A DNA stretch of 64,000 nt from Malacoraja senta (taxonomy: Eukaryota). A program made the position numbers and the translations under genes. The DNA lies in NCBI GenBank assembly GCA_038087875.1, contig CM075988.1, forward strand, positions 1,550,001-1,614,000. The letters run 5' to 3'. Under the pieces are notes generated by a model, which was given only the letters and a program-made list of their open reading frames with translations, was not told the DNA's origin and ran no database searches. Position 1 is the stretch's first letter. Every line of letters starts with the position of its first letter. Positions 11,300 to 24,761 of this stretch are shown here, in pieces.

Positions 11300-12599
11300 T
11301 AAATCTTGCCTCCTGCTATCTTCAATTTTCAGCTTAATGTCTTTTTCATCTAGTTGATTCTTCATTTGATGTGCAGTAGAAAACAGCGACATCTACAGAA
11401 ACCATTTCCTCTTATAAATGGGCCAACCACTTTATTAACGTAAATTTATTCAGCTTCACAAATGAAGTGTAGTTGATGTGTCCTCCAGATTGGTATGAAT
11501 GATGCACATAGATGTGAGATCAATACCACAGAAGGGAGACCACTCCTTCAATACCGAGCAGGGAGCCCAGTGCTCAGTATGGATGAGCGAGATCAAATGG
11601 CCTCTTTCCACACTGTACGATTCTGACATGGACTCTGTAATCACTGTAAAAAACATCTTAAACTGCAAAGAATAATCATCCTTATATCCAGTGTTATAAC
11701 TGTTATTTTCAATTTTCTGTCCGTCATGATTCTATCAGAGACGAGTGAGAAATAAAAGTATGAAATGCCCCAGAGACGAGAACTGTGAAAGTTTGCAGCG
11801 AGATGTTGAAACAGCTCTTGAATATTTTACAGCCATGGCATGATGCTTGGCTTTAAATCTCCAATCTTCATGCATTCTTTTGATGTTTACATTGAATTAT
11901 TTTGTTTGTGGATAAACCTTGACTGTAGATTTTAGCCGTTGGGTGATGATAGATGTTCAGCTTTGAGTTGATTTGAACAAATAATGGCCATTTCATGTGT
12001 CGTGAGCAGTGATTTCCCCTTGATGCACAGTTAATGCTTGAAGCTGAGTTGCATTAACATTCCACTTCCAGGACATTTGGTCCATTTGGTGTTCAATCTC
12101 CTTTCTATGTGCTAGTCTGCTTTCCCACATGCCTTACAAACAGGTTCCATGGTTAAATTCCTCTCTACTTTATTCTAGTAAAGTGGTATCACACTGGGGC
12201 CCCAGTATGGAAAATATACTTGTCTGGCACCAAGGAAGTGCTGAGTATTCTGGATTAACAAGACTTTTGAATAATTTCACCTTTGGGATATATAAAGGGA
12301 TATTTTATTGTTTAAAAAATGCAGAGAACGAGAGTGTGGAACTGTGCCCCCTTGTGGTGAAGGAAAGCATGCATTTGGGGTTCTGGTGTGTGAGAGGGTG
12401 GTGAAACTGGGGCCTGGTTTGTGAAAGAGAGCGTGGAATTAAAGCCTTGGTGTATTATAAAGAGCATGGAACTAGAGCTCTGTGTGTGAAGGGAGCATGG
12501 TAGAGAAATGGAATCCATAGCAGCAGTGAACCAAGTGAGGGGCTGGAAGTCGATGAAAGCAAGTTCCATCGATAGAATAGTCAGGAGCACTGCAGTGAT

Positions 12600-13884
12600 C
12601 GAGGAAGGACCGTTGGATTCAATTGAATTTATTTAATGCAAGAGGCCTGGTGGAGAAGGCGGATAAAATCTGGGCGTGGATAGGTATGGGGACTAGGACG
12701 TTATAGCCGTTACAGAAACCTGGGCTGTGTGGATTGACAGGACTAGCAGCTTAATGTTCCAAGGTACAGCTGCTGCAGGCAAGGGCGAGGTCTACAATAT
12801 TACAATACAATACAATATTTATTACATGTCATTTGAACCTCAGTGAGGCTCAAACGAAACTCAGTTTCCACAGCCATACAAACAAAGTCAATTCATACAA
12901 GACATACAAATAATTCAATTTACACAAACATCCATCACAGTGAATCTCCTCCTCACTGTGATGGAAGGCAAAGTCTTTTCTCTCCCCTGCACCATTTCTC
13001 TCCCGATGTTGAAGCCCCAGGCGGGCGATGGTGAGTCCCACGGCCATTTAAGGCCGCGCCGGGCGATGTACGGCCCCGCTCCGGGTCGTTCCAACCCCGC
13101 GACACGGGCGGGAGAAGTTGCGTTGCGGGAACTCTGAAAAGCGGTCTCCCACCCGGACCTGCGAGCTCCCGATATCACAGTCTGCAGCTGGAGCCTCCGC
13201 GCTCCGGAGTGAGCAGCGAGCCACCACTGCTCCCCACGCTCCGAGGCCGGCCAGCCCCACGATGGTGAGTCCGCAGCTCCGCGACTGGAGCCCCCAGGTC
13301 GTTCCGGTTGGAGGCCGCTCCCCGGTGCTAGGCCCCAACGACAATGGAGACCCGACAGGGACCCCCCCCCCCCCATATACACAGTTAAAAACAGTATTAA
13401 AAAACACGAACAACTACATTTAACTAGACAAAAAATAAAACAAAGACAGACAGGCTGTAGGGGCCGCTGTAACGTGAGTCGCGCCACCTCCCGAATCAGG
13501 TCTGCAGTGACATTACTGATGGTTTGTCCAGTGAATCTATATTGCTGGAGCTGAGAGATAAAATGGAGATGATAACCTTGTTGGAAGTGTACAGTGGGAA
13601 TTAGAAGAACAAATATGTCAGGAGATTGCAGGCAGCTGCAAGACTAATGGGGTTGTCATAGTAGGGGATTTTAACTTTCCCAATATAGACTGGGACTGCC
13701 CTAGTGTCAATGGGGTGGAATTTGTCAAATATGTTCAGGAAAGTTTTCTTAGGCAAGCCCGACAATGGGGTGAGGGCAAAGATTGATCGACTCTTAAGAA
13801 ATTGGGACGGGCAAGTTAATGAAGTGTCAGTGGGCAAGCCTTTTGACATCCGGAACCAAAGTTCTATTTGCTTTAGAATAGTTA
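12600..13884 (+). mobile_element. Decayed CR1 ORF2 endonuclease region, interrupted by a SINE-like copy and the Helitron
   Basis: Remnants AVTETW, GDFNFPNIDW, and SICFRIV-M spanning the Helitron insertion site. Confidence 0.6.
12794..13490 (-). mobile_element. GC-rich SINE-like element, copy 2
   Basis: Clear homology to 9219-10077, including the (tattg)n tail. Confidence 0.7.
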
Positions 13885-16575
13885 CTAGACCAAGTGCAGG
13901 CCCGTTGGGTCTGTTCCCCTAACGCAAGATTCCACCACTCATCCGTTCCCCCAACGCAAGCCATTCCCCAATGCAATATTACACCATTCACTCATAGCCC
14001 CAAACTGCACAGGTGCTGCTCATTTCTCCTCATCCTCCAGCACTCATTCCTCCTCCTCTTCACCCTCCCTCTTCAATCCCTAGAGAGAGGGGGGCTAGAG
14101 AGGGAGAGAGTGGAGAGTAGAGTGGGGGGGAGTGAGGGTAGAGAGGGAGGGAGAGGGAGGGGGTAGAAAGAGAGGGGGATAGAGAGGGTGGATAGGGAAG
14201 GGGCATCCTCCTCCATGCCCCCCCATCTCCCTCTACCACCCCACTCCCCACCCCATCTCCCTCCTCATTTCCCTCATCCTCCTCCCCTCACTCCCGTTCC
14301 CTGCCTCAGGACCTACCCAGGTCTAAGAGCAGCGCCAGGGCCTGGAACGCAGCCTGGTTTTTGTACTCGACCCGTCCCTGGCTGTAGACTCCAGCTGTCA
14401 GCTCGGCCGCCGCCTGGGCTCCAGTGCAGGCCCCGACTTCACTCTGAGTGTGAGAGGGAAGAGGGACTGTGGTCCCGGTGTGTGAGGGGGGCTGGGTGTG
14501 TGTGAGAGACTGTGTGCCGGGTGTGTGTGACATGTGCGGACGTGGTGCCGATGGACGAGAAGCCGAAACAAAGAAGTAGAAGCCAAAGAACCAAATGGAA
14601 ATGAGGCCGAAACGCCAAAAAAACGAAAGAGTACAAAGACAAAACGGCAACTAACCGAAAGGATGGGACACCTAAATGCAAACTAACCGAAAGGGCGGGA
14701 CGCATAAAAGCCAACGAACCGAAAAGCTCCGTCGCCTAAAAGCAAAGCAATGGTTGCTCTGTCAAAATACCTCCTACCCGAAAGGCGGCGGCGCCTACAA
14801 GTCAACAAACCGACTGCCGCTCAACGGAAAAATCATCCAATAACGAACATGACGTTGCCAGGGGGCGGGAATTGCCAGCGATTGGTCCAGACCCCCGCGT
14901 CCATCACATCACTGTGGAGGGATGAACATTGTCCCACACCTCCGCTCCACCCGACCCGCAGCCGCGGAGGGTGGCCTTGGGAGAGTGGGGGCTGTCCCGA
15001 GGGATGCGCACCTTCGGCCGCTTTCAACTTGGTGCTTGGGTTCTGATTGCCCAGTCACCTATGGCTTGTGTGGGAAAATGACCCCCATGCTCCCGTCTCC
15101 CCCTTTTCTCACCCCTCTTCTCTCTCTCTCCCCCCGCTCTCTCCCTTCCCCATCTCCCCTCTTCTCTCTCTCCTCCTCTCTCTCCACTCTTCTCTCTCTC
15201 TCCCCTCTTCTCTCTCCCCTCTTCTCTCTCTCCTCTTCTCTCTTCTCCTATCTCTTCTCTCTCTCCCTTCTCTCTCTCCCCCCTCTCTCTCTCCCTTCTC
15301 TCTCTCCGCCTCTCTCTCTCCCCTTCTCTATCTCCTCCGTCTCCACCGTGCTTCTTGTTGTCGGGGGGGGGGAGGGTAGTGGGAGGCGACATTGTTCGTT
15401 GTCATGTAGACTTGTCATCGACCCGCCAGCGAATGTGTGTGTCCCCCATGTTTTCAAAGCGATTTACTCTGCCCCGAGCTGTCTGTCCCCGCGGCCGGGA
15501 TGGGGGTGAAGCACCCTGTCAGGGTCCAGGGGTCGAGGGGGGGGAATCACCCTGGTGTTGGGGTTGGGGTCCGATGGCGGTGCATCGCGGTCAGTGACTC
15601 TGGGTGGGCGGACACTCCCGCCAGTGGAGACGGAGGAGAGAGAGAAGGGGGGGAGAGAGAGAAGGGAGAGAGAGAGAAGGGAGAGAGAGAGAGGAGGGGG
15701 GAGAGAAGAGGAGCGAGAGAAGAAGGGAGAGAGAGGAGGAGAGAGAGGAGTGGAGAGAGAGAAGAGGGGAGAGAGGGGGGAGAGAAAGAGAGGGGAGAGA
15801 GAACGGAGAGAGAGGGAGAGAGAAGGGAGAGAGAAGAGGAAAGATAAGAGTGGAGAGAGAGGAGGAGAGAGAAGGGGGGAGAGAGGAGGAGAGAGAGAAG
15901 GGAGAGAGAGAGGGGAGAGAGAGAGAAAAGGGGAGAGAGAAGGGGGAGATGGTAGCGTTGAGGTCATTTTCCCACACAAGCTATTGGTGACTGGGCAATC
16001 CGAGCCCAAGCACCAAGTTGAAAGCGGCCGAAGGTGCGCATCCCTTGGGACAGGCCCCACTCTCCCACGGCCACCCTCCGCGGGCTGTGGGTCGGGTGGA
16101 GCGGAGGTTTGGGACAATGTTCATCTCTCCACAGTGATGTGATGGACGCGGGGGTCTGGACCAATCGCTGACAAGCCCGCCCCCCGGCAACGTCATGTCC
16201 GTTATTGGACTTTTCCGTTGAGCGTCAGTCGGTTCGTTGGCCTGTGGGAGACGCCGCCTTTCGTGTAGGTGGCGTTTCGACAGAGCGGCCATTCGGTGAG
16301 TTTGCTTTTAGGCGACGCAGCTTTTCGGTTAGTTGGCTTTTAGGTATCCCGCCCTTTCGGTTAGTTTGCATTTAGGCGTCCCACCTTTTCGGTTAGTTGG
16401 CGTTTCGTCTTCGTACTCTTTCGGTTTTTTGCCGTTTCTGCCTCGTTTCCATTCGGTTCTTTGGCTTTGATTTCTTTGCTTCGACCTCTCGTCCATCTAC
16501 GCCACGTCCGGGTACCACGTGTAAGGGACTGTGGTCCCGGTGTGTGTGAGGGACTGTGGGTGCAGTGTGAGAGGA
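13885..16575 (-). mobile_element. Non-autonomous Helitron
   Basis: On the - strand: 5' TC, 3' CTAG, hairpin cagaccc-aac-gggcctg (13897-13913) 8 nt from CTAG; inserted between A13884 and T16576 with no TSD; removal restores CR1-like atagttatgg. Confidence 0.75.
14530..16522. repeat. About 2-kb foldback element nested in the Helitron
   Basis: Arms 14530-15346 and 15624-16522 are diverged reverse complements; unique spacer 15347-15623. Confidence 0.85.
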
Positions 16576-17408
16576 TGGTAGAACCATTGTACCTCCATCT
16601 GAGGACTATCTTCAATAGGTACAAATTGAAGCCTGTGATGTTGTCCTTTGTAATAAACGCTGAGTGCCACAGTTCACGTCACTGATTTGTGTTTTTTCTG
16701 GTTGTGATTTTTGGAATCCAGTTCCCTACTTTGGCAAATGTTTCAGCAGTTTTTAGCACATATTGATCAATTACCTGCTACAAATGGTTAGAGATTGAGT
16801 TGCTTGCTCAAATAATTGGAGGTACAGGTTTGTAGGTCGGACGACATTATGTAAAATTGTGCAGGAAAATCTGTGGACTGTTGTCTTTGTTTCATGACCT
16901 GAATGTGTGATGCTGAAGCTTTTGATGTAAACTGGTCATATTGCTCTCAGCTTCTTTACTAAGGCTGGACAATGTGTTTATTCTCGTCCTGTTGTCAAAT
17001 GGTAACCAAGGTGGTGAATTTGGTGATATAGTTGTGTGGTGTTATACCTGAACAGTTTGTAAACAGTTCATTTAGTTGCGGGCTATTCCTTTATCCATGC
17101 CTCCGGCCACAGCCACTTATTCTCAGTGGGGCTGGAATGTGTCCTGAAAAGGCGACCGATGGTTTGCAAGCTGATGCTGGGATAAAGTAGCGTGAGTTTA
17201 TCCAACACTGGCATATCTTCATTAATTTGGAGAATCACCAAGCCTGCAGTAAAACCTGTTGATTCTGATAATACTATGATAATTTGGTGTTGTCAGAAGT
17301 ACCTGTCTGACATAAGATTTGATTCTAGTTACATTGTTTGTTATTGATGGCCTAACCTGGTATTGTGTTAGGATTTGGGTGCAGCGGCACAGAAATCATT
17401 AGGGGTTT

Positions 17409-17673
17409 TAGACAAAATGCTGGAGTAGTTTAGCATTTCTGGAGAAAAGATGCTACTGGCAGCATCTCTGGAGAAAAGGAATAGGTGACGTTTCGGGTCA
17501 GAACCCTTCTTCAAACCCTTTTCCGGTACTCCAGCATTTTGTGTCTATCTTCAGTATAATCCAACATCAGTCTGAAAAAGGGTCTTGACCTGAAACGTCA
17601 CCCATGCTGCCTGTCCCGCTGAGCATGTTGTCTCTATCTTTGGTTTAAACCAGCATCTGCAGTTCCTTCCTAC
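17409..17673. mobile_element. PLE-terminus hairpin mini-element with degenerate hammerhead cores
   Basis: Inverted terminus pieces; 13-bp direct repeat tcattaggggttt at 17396-17408 and 17674-17686. Confidence 0.7.
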
Positions 17674-18077
17674 TCATTAGGGGTTTAGTTTGGTCGGAAA
17701 TTGTGTTGTGGTTTGCTTTTTAATTAGATTAGTAACAATGTTTAAGAGGCAGTAATACCATTCAAGAGGCATCTGGATGGGTATTTGAATACACAAGACA
17801 TAGAGGGATATGTCATTAATGCAGGCAAATGGGATTAGTGCAAGTGGGATGGTCAGCAGAGATGTGGTGGGCTAAAGGACCTGTTTCTATGCTGAATTAC
17901 TATTAGGATTCCCCAGTTCTAACTGCAATGTTTTTTGGTGGAAGTACTATATTATTGTTGTTTCCAAGACTTTTGTATTAATGATAAGAATAATCGAGCC
18001 GTACAAAGCTGTGCCTCACTGTATTTACAGTCTCTGGTGCATGTTTTGCCTCTGGCCTGACTAACAATGACCAATGT

Positions 18078-19500
18078 GTAGGACGGAACTGCAGATGCTG
18101 GTTTAAACCGCATAGCATAAAAAGCTGGATTATCAGCGGGACAGGCAGTATCTCTGGAGAGAAGGAATGGGTGACGTTTCGGGTTGAGACCCTTCTTCTG
18201 ACTGAAAGTTACAGGAAAGGGAAACGACAGATATAGACGATGATGTAGAGAGATATAGAACAATGAATGAAAGATATGCAAAAAATTGACGATGATAAAG
18301 GAAACAGCCATTGTTAGCTGTTTGTTGGGTGAAATCTTCTGCAGTTGTATAGGGCTCTGGTGAGACCACATCTGGAGTATTGTGTACAATTTTGGTCTCC
18401 TAATTTGAGGAAGGACATGTGATTGAGGCAGTGCAGCGTAGGTTCACGAGATTGATCCCTGGGATGGCGGGACTGTCATATGTGGAAAGATTGAAAAGAC
18501 TAGGCTTGTATTCACTGGAGTTTAGAAGGACGAGGGGGGGTTTTATAGAAACATATAAAATTATAAAAGGACTGGACAAGCTAGATGCAGGAAAAATGTT
18601 CCCAATGTTGGGTGAGTCCAGAACCAGGGACCACAGTCTTAGAATAAAGGGGAGGCCATTTAAGACTGAGGTGAGAAAAAACGTTTTCACCCAGAGAGTT
18701 GTGAATTTATGGAATTCCCTGCCACAGACAGCAGTGGAGGCCAAATCATTGGATGGATTTAAGAGAGAGTTAGATAGAGCTCTAGGGGCTAGTGGAATCA
18801 AGGGATATGGGGAGAAGGCAGGCACGGGTTATTGATCGGGGACGATCAGGCATGATCACAATGAATGACGGTGCTGGCTTGAAGGGCCGAATGGCCTCCT
18901 GCACCTATTTTCTATGTTTCTATGAGAAGCTAGTGCGACTTGGGTGGGGGAGAGATGGAGATAGAGGGAATGCCGAGGTTACTTGAAGTTAGAGAAATCA
19001 AAACTCATACCACTGGGCTGTAAGCTGCCCAAGCAAACTATGAGGTGCTGTTCCTCCAATTAGCGTTTGCCCTTATTCTGACAATGGAGGAGACCTAGGA
19101 CAGAAAGGTCAGTGTGGGAATGGAAAGGAGAATTAAAGTGTTTGGCAACCAGGAGATCAGGTAGGTCCGGGCAGACTGAGTGAAGGTGTTCAGTGAAACA
19201 ATCGCCCAGTCTATATTTGGTCTCGCCGATGTATACGAGTCCACATGTTGAACAATAGATACAGTAGATGAAGTTGGAGGAGGTGCAAGTGAACCTCTGC
19301 CTAACCTGAAAGGACTGTCGGGGTCCCTGGATCGAGTCGAGGGAGGAAGTATAGGGACAGGTGTTGCAGGGAAAGGGGTGGTTTGGGTGAGAAGGGATGA
19401 GTTAACTAGGGAGTTGCGGAGGGAACGATCTCGGCGGAAGGCGGAAAGGGGTGGAGATGGGAAGTTGTGACTGGTGGTGGAATCCCATTGGAGGTGGTGA
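18078..19500 (-). mobile_element. PLE 3' fragment (GIY-YIG region plus terminus), split by a CR1 insertion
   Basis: Homologous in reverse to 25480-26100; hammerhead-like core at about 18172-18201. Confidence 0.75.
18335..18924 (+). mobile_element. CR1 (HER1-like) LINE 3' fragment
   Basis: ORF 18419-18835 (VQRRFTRLIPG...FTQRVVNLWNSLP); ttctatg repeat tail. Confidence 0.9.
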
Positions 19501-19954
19501 AATAATAATGACCAATGTTCTGCTTGTGTAATCTGTACTGATGGTGGGAAAACATCTTGAAATATTGTTTGTGAAAGTAACTGGTTGTGTGATGTTGAGC
19601 TACAAAAAAAATAAAAATAGGAATGTTTCGCTGATGATGTAGTCTTGGTCAATCATTTGATGTGTAGTAATTCAACAACATAAATAAAAATAAAAACAGA
19701 AAATGCAGGAAATAGTGCAGGGTCAGGTAGTTTCAGTGGTCGGGGAAGCAATTAACTTTTTGTATAACGCAATCTTATGAAAAACGACAAAAACTGTTTA
19801 TACTCTGTTTCTCTGTCCACAGGTTCTGCCTGACCTGAGTTTTTCCAGCATTTTCTGATTATATCGCAAGGTTTCCAGCATCTATAGTTTTTTGTTTTAA
19901 GTAACGGCTTGGAATTCTGTAGGATTTTAATGAGTGCTAGTGGGTGATAATGTA

Positions 19955-20283
19955 CCGCACATTGATGCAGCATGTAGAGCTGCTGCCCACAGCGCCAGAG
20001 ACTCGGGTTCAATCTGTCTTTGGGCGCTCTCTGCATGGATTTTGCACGTTCTCCCTGTGACCGCATGAGGTTCCTCCGGGTGCTCCAGTTTCCTTCCACA
20101 TCTCAAAGATGTGTGGGTTTGTAGGTTAATTGCTCTCTTTAAAAAATGTCCTGTTTAAAAATTGCCCCTAGTGTGTAAGCAGTGGACATGAAAGTAAGAT
20201 AACTAGTGTGAATGGGTGATCAATGGATGGTATGGACTCGGTGGGCCAAAGGGCCTGTTTCCATGCTGTATCTCTAAACTAAA
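19955..20283 (+). mobile_element. HE1/V-SINE-like tRNA-derived SINE
   Basis: B-box-like gggttcaatc, V-domain-like ttgcacgttctccctgtg, tail ggcctgtttccatgctgtatctctaaact. Further copies at about 43558-43837, 50250-50490 and 56109-56365 (-). Confidence 0.7.
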
Positions 20284-20347
20284 TATGAACCATTTTAAAG
20301 CTGGATGTATGTGTATAACAATCCCCTTTCTCTTTTTTTCTCTTTAG

Positions 20348-20695
20348 AATGCTGCTCTACATCATCTCTTTATACGTAAAACTTTTCGACCATTTAAATG
20401 TCTGCACTGTGGGAAGGCATTTCGGGAGAAAGAGAAGTTGGATCAGCACCTGCACTTCCATGGGCGGGAGGGCAACTATCCACTGACCTGTGATATCTGT
20501 AACAAAGGCTTCATAAACAGTTCGGCTCTCGATTCACACATGAAATTCCACTCTGATCAGAAAACGTACTCCTGTATTTTCTGCACAGAATCTTTTGATA
20601 GACTGGATCTCCTCAAAGAACATGTCGCAGTTCATGTTACTAACGGCTGTTTCACCTGTCCCTCCTGTAAAAAACAATTTCCAGATTTCATCCAG
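20348..20695 (+). CDS. PRDM10: PRDM10 zinc-finger exon (116 codons)
   Basis: tctttag|AAT...CAG|gtgagt; [42 protein letters not shown]...[10 protein letters not shown], a C2H2 array matching PRDM10. Confidence 0.95.
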
Positions 20696-23600
20696 GTGAG
20701 TGTTTCTGTCTCGGACATTTTGAAAGTCAAAGTAGTTTACCATGACTTTGATGCCTGCACTTAACAAATCTTTGGGCTTTCAGAGTTTGCTGGTGGTTCT
20801 ATTGTGTGTTCTTTCCCAGATCAATCCAAACTAATTCCACATCCTTGCGTTTTCTCTCGTAAATCAACATCTTCTAATATGTTAAGCAAGTCTATTTTCC
20901 TTAAAATACTGAATGGACTTTGTCCCAACCATTTTCTTTGGCAAAAACCTCCCATAAACAAAATATGCAAGGAATTCCTTTCTGTGCTGCATTTGCAGAA
21001 AAAAGTATGAAATTGTGAGATAATATACACTGTCTCGGGAAGAAAATGAAAGATAGTAAAAGCACACACATCAAAATTAGAGAAGGTAAAACTGAATGAA
21101 AATGACAAGCAAGGAAAAAGTAAAATAAAGAAGTTGGCGGAAAGGCAATGACGATGGTGTGTGATGAACCAGGTCAAAAGCCACTTGTTCATCACATTTG
21201 TTCACCCTGAACACCCACAGATCCAGCCCACATTCCAGGCTTATCTTGAGGTTTAGAAAACAGTTATAATCTGCAGCACAGATGGGCAGCATTTGGCTCA
21301 TCAGAATCTGCCAGCTTCTATTATAACAATCTTGTCAATCCTATTTCACGTTTTCTCCATAACTTATTCAAGCCAGTCAAATTCTCTCCTGAAGACAATG
21401 AATGATTATTTTTCCATTACCCTTGTAGGCAGTGAGTGGCAAATACTCACAATGCCCTGAGACAAAATGATTTCCCTTAACATCACTCTGTTCAAAAATG
21501 TGAATCTGTCTCCTTGATTCTATTTACCTTGCCTAAAGCAAACATAATCTTTCAAATAACCTTCCACCTTTCCCTGAGAAATCTGCTTTGTACAGGTTCA
21601 ACATCATGCTTTTGTACTTTAGGCTTGTGTTGATGAACCCTGACAATCCATACGTTTTACAAATGATTTTCTTGATGCAAGATCGCTTTGTGCTCCACAT
21701 CCGTCATTGAGTCTTTATTGTCTGTTTTCATTCTTTCTGCCGAAGTATCTCAAAGTATATCAAATTTTGATAAAATTTGGTTTGCAGAGTTTTGTAGAAA
21801 GATTAAATAATATGTATGAATCTTTTACCTCATTGGGGGGACAGGAAGGAGGTAAAATACCTTTAGATGAAAGACTGATATGGAGTGGTCACGAGTGTTT
21901 AATTGTCACATGTACTGATTACAGAACAGTAAAATTGCAGTAACATAACAAGCATGTAAAGACAATACTCAGAGATAATGTATAATAAACAAAAAATCCA
22001 ATTAATTAATAGCATCAATACTAGTGCAAAAATGCCTTCAGTCCTTAGTGCAACCAAAGACCATTCATAATTTGGTTTTCGTATGAATTTAGGAGCAAAA
22101 ATTGTCGTCACAGTTTCAATTTCAAGTTCTCTCATCATCCCAATATTCTGCTGTAGAGAAAATGTAACTCATAAATGCTGGACTGAAGTGTCATGGACAG
22201 ACGGTTCCGCGCTCCTTTTCCAAGAAGTACCTTGTACATTGGGTGTCCAGACGTTAACAATCTTAAAATACTGGGGGGAAAATACCATCATCATTTGTAG
22301 AGAGAAACAAATTGCAACTCAGCCAGTCAGTGCTTAACATAAACTCTCTCCCTCCACAGATCCTATATCACCTGCTGAGTCCTTATGGTATTTTCTCTCT
22401 TTATTTTGATGGGTTGATGTCCAGTCCTTGGGTCCGATATAAGGTGTTTTTGACAATCGTGTTTTCTATTCAAGCTTCCCTCCAGGATTATTCGGTGCGG
22501 TAGGAAGAAGGGAGCAGGCAGAAGAATTTCTGTGAGCAGCCAAGGTTGAGATTTATAGTTAGATGCTTTAGTAAGGACAAGTAAAGCGATGTTGTTGCTG
22601 CTCCCTGCATTTTGCATCATCACATGAAGATTGTCCATGGTGTTTCCAGATGTCAGAATCCACAGTGTGATGTGGGGCGTAGTTCTTTGATCACTGAGAG
22701 GAGGTGGATTGAGGAGAATCCTGGCTTTGATTTCCCCTAACTGATAGCAGGGCAAGGCTCTTGAGAGATATCTTCTTGAAATTTATTGCATTTCTTTGTT
22801 TTCTGAGGTCCCAAGATGTCCTCTTCCAAAAAAAAGTGTAAGATAAGACTGAATTTGTGACCAAACTTCCTGTCAAGTTTTGGAACTTTACCATCTGCTC
22901 CGACGACCTTGTTGATTCTTGGTTTATGGCCTTTTCAACTTATTGTCGGTGTGGGGTGGGGGTGGCGAGCCTGGACTGCTTTGAAAAGGAGTCATGGTTG
23001 ATAATCTATGATCTTAACCAAACACTGAAGAGACCCAGTCTCAGTGCAGACACAAGGATACATTTCTCGCCTCACCACATTTCTTCGTCTTGCCGTATTG
23101 GTGTACCTCACTCACCTTTGGAGCTCATTTACACCACATGTGTGGAAACTTTTAAATCAGAATTATCTCCATTGTAGAATCAAGGACACTCCAGTCTTTG
23201 GGACTGTTGCAGTATACAGATGAAGCTTGTGTATGGAGCAATGTGGAAGTCATTCTACATTTATTCTCGGTAGCATACAAGAGAATAATTCACACTTTCA
23301 GAGCAAGGGTCCTCTACCAACTACCTTCTGTACAACACCACACTCCATTTAAAGTGCACAATGAGACTCTGGAAAATGTGGGTCACCATGCCATTAAGGT
23401 TGTCAATATAAAATTGACCATTGCTTATCTGAGAAATGAGTCTTTGAGAGCAAGATATAACTTGGATGAATGGGCAGCAGTAATTCCCAGCCCTTCCGTA
23501 CACTTCAGAAACGTGTAATATGAACAGCATTCGCTAGCACTGGTGAGTGTCAGGAGTTGTGGAGCGAAGGCAGGAGAATGGGATTTAGAGGGAAAGATAG

Positions 23601-23944
23601 ATAGCCATGATTGAATGGCAGAGTAGACTTGATGGGCTGAATGACCTAATGACCTAATATCACCAACACTTGTCAAAATCCTTCAAATCCACTGAGATCA
23701 GCACTCTCATTCGAATGCCGTGTCCTCATTGCACTCAATTGGCTCCGGTGGTTAGGTCCTTTCCAAAACAGAACAAATCTGAACTGTGTCACTGCAAGAA
23801 ATTACCAATGGTCATTAAAAAAGATTCAAAGACTTCAGAGGCTTCCTGAAAGATTGCAACATCCTCTGCAACTCTGGGCTAAGACCTCCCAATGTAGAAA
23901 AGGAGCAGCTTGTGGAAGCCCAGTGGACAGAAGGTACAAAACAG

Positions 23945-24570
23945 GTTTAGGTTTATTATTGTCATCTGCCCAAGGTGCAGTGAAAAGCTTTATTGTGTAT
24001 GCTGTCCAAACAGAACAGATATACCATACAATTCAAGCTCGAGTACAATAGAAAGAGCAAAGGGGAAGATACAGAGTTCAGAATATAATTCTCAGCATTA
24101 TAGTGCATCGGTTCCCTGGACAAAGTCCAGGGCCTTATGGAAGAACTATTCAGAAGCCTCAAAATGGAGGGGAAGAAGCTGTTCTAGAGTCTGGCAATGT
24201 GTGCTTTCAAGCTTCAGTACCTTCTGCCAGATAGGAGCAGAATGAAGGAGGAATAACTGGATAACTGGCTGCTTTTCTGAGGCAGCATGAAGTGTAGATG
24301 GAGTCGGTGGTGGCCTTTGTGATGAACTGGACTACATGTACGGCTCTCTGCAATTTATTGTGGTTTGGGGCAGAACTGTTCCCAAACGTAATGCAACCCG
24401 ACACTCTGCTTTACATGATGCATCTGTAGAAGTTTGTGAGAGTCATTGGAGACATGCCAGATTTCCATAGACTCTCAGGAAGTAGAGGCGTTGGTCTTCC
24501 TTCTTGGCTGTCCCAATAATGTAGTTGGTCCACAGCAGTTTATTAGTAATATTAATGCCAAGGAACTGAA
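23945..24570 (-). mobile_element. Decayed Rex1-like LINE 3' fragment
   Basis: ORF remnant SGCITFGNSSAPNHNKLQRAV; aataaa tail near 23950. Confidence 0.55.
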
Positions 24571-24761
24571 CAGTGAGCAACCTCTAACTTCCCACACTCC
24601 CCATCCTTTCAAGCACCACTGGCCATGTCTACAAAGCCTACAGCTCCCACATGGGCCTCTTCGGTCACTCAGAGCCCACAGAACTGGACCCGATGGAATG
24701 CTGAAGCAGAATAGTTGGATGTGCCAGGTTTGGGTTGAAAAGAAGTTTAATACGGTTATTT

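Noticed and set aside
11738..11843. Possible alternative terminal PRDM10 exon (ag|RRVRNKSMKC...TAMA*)
   Set aside because: Short open frame, weak acceptor, no recognisable homology; expected by chance.
14922..16142. Long ORFs rich in S/L/P or E/R/G
   Set aside because: They are translations of CT and GA low-complexity tracts in the foldback arms.
21700..23700. Short ORFs as extra host exons
   Set aside because: They look like decayed LINE remnants, and exons ending 20695 and starting 51026 already join in frame within a single zinc finger.
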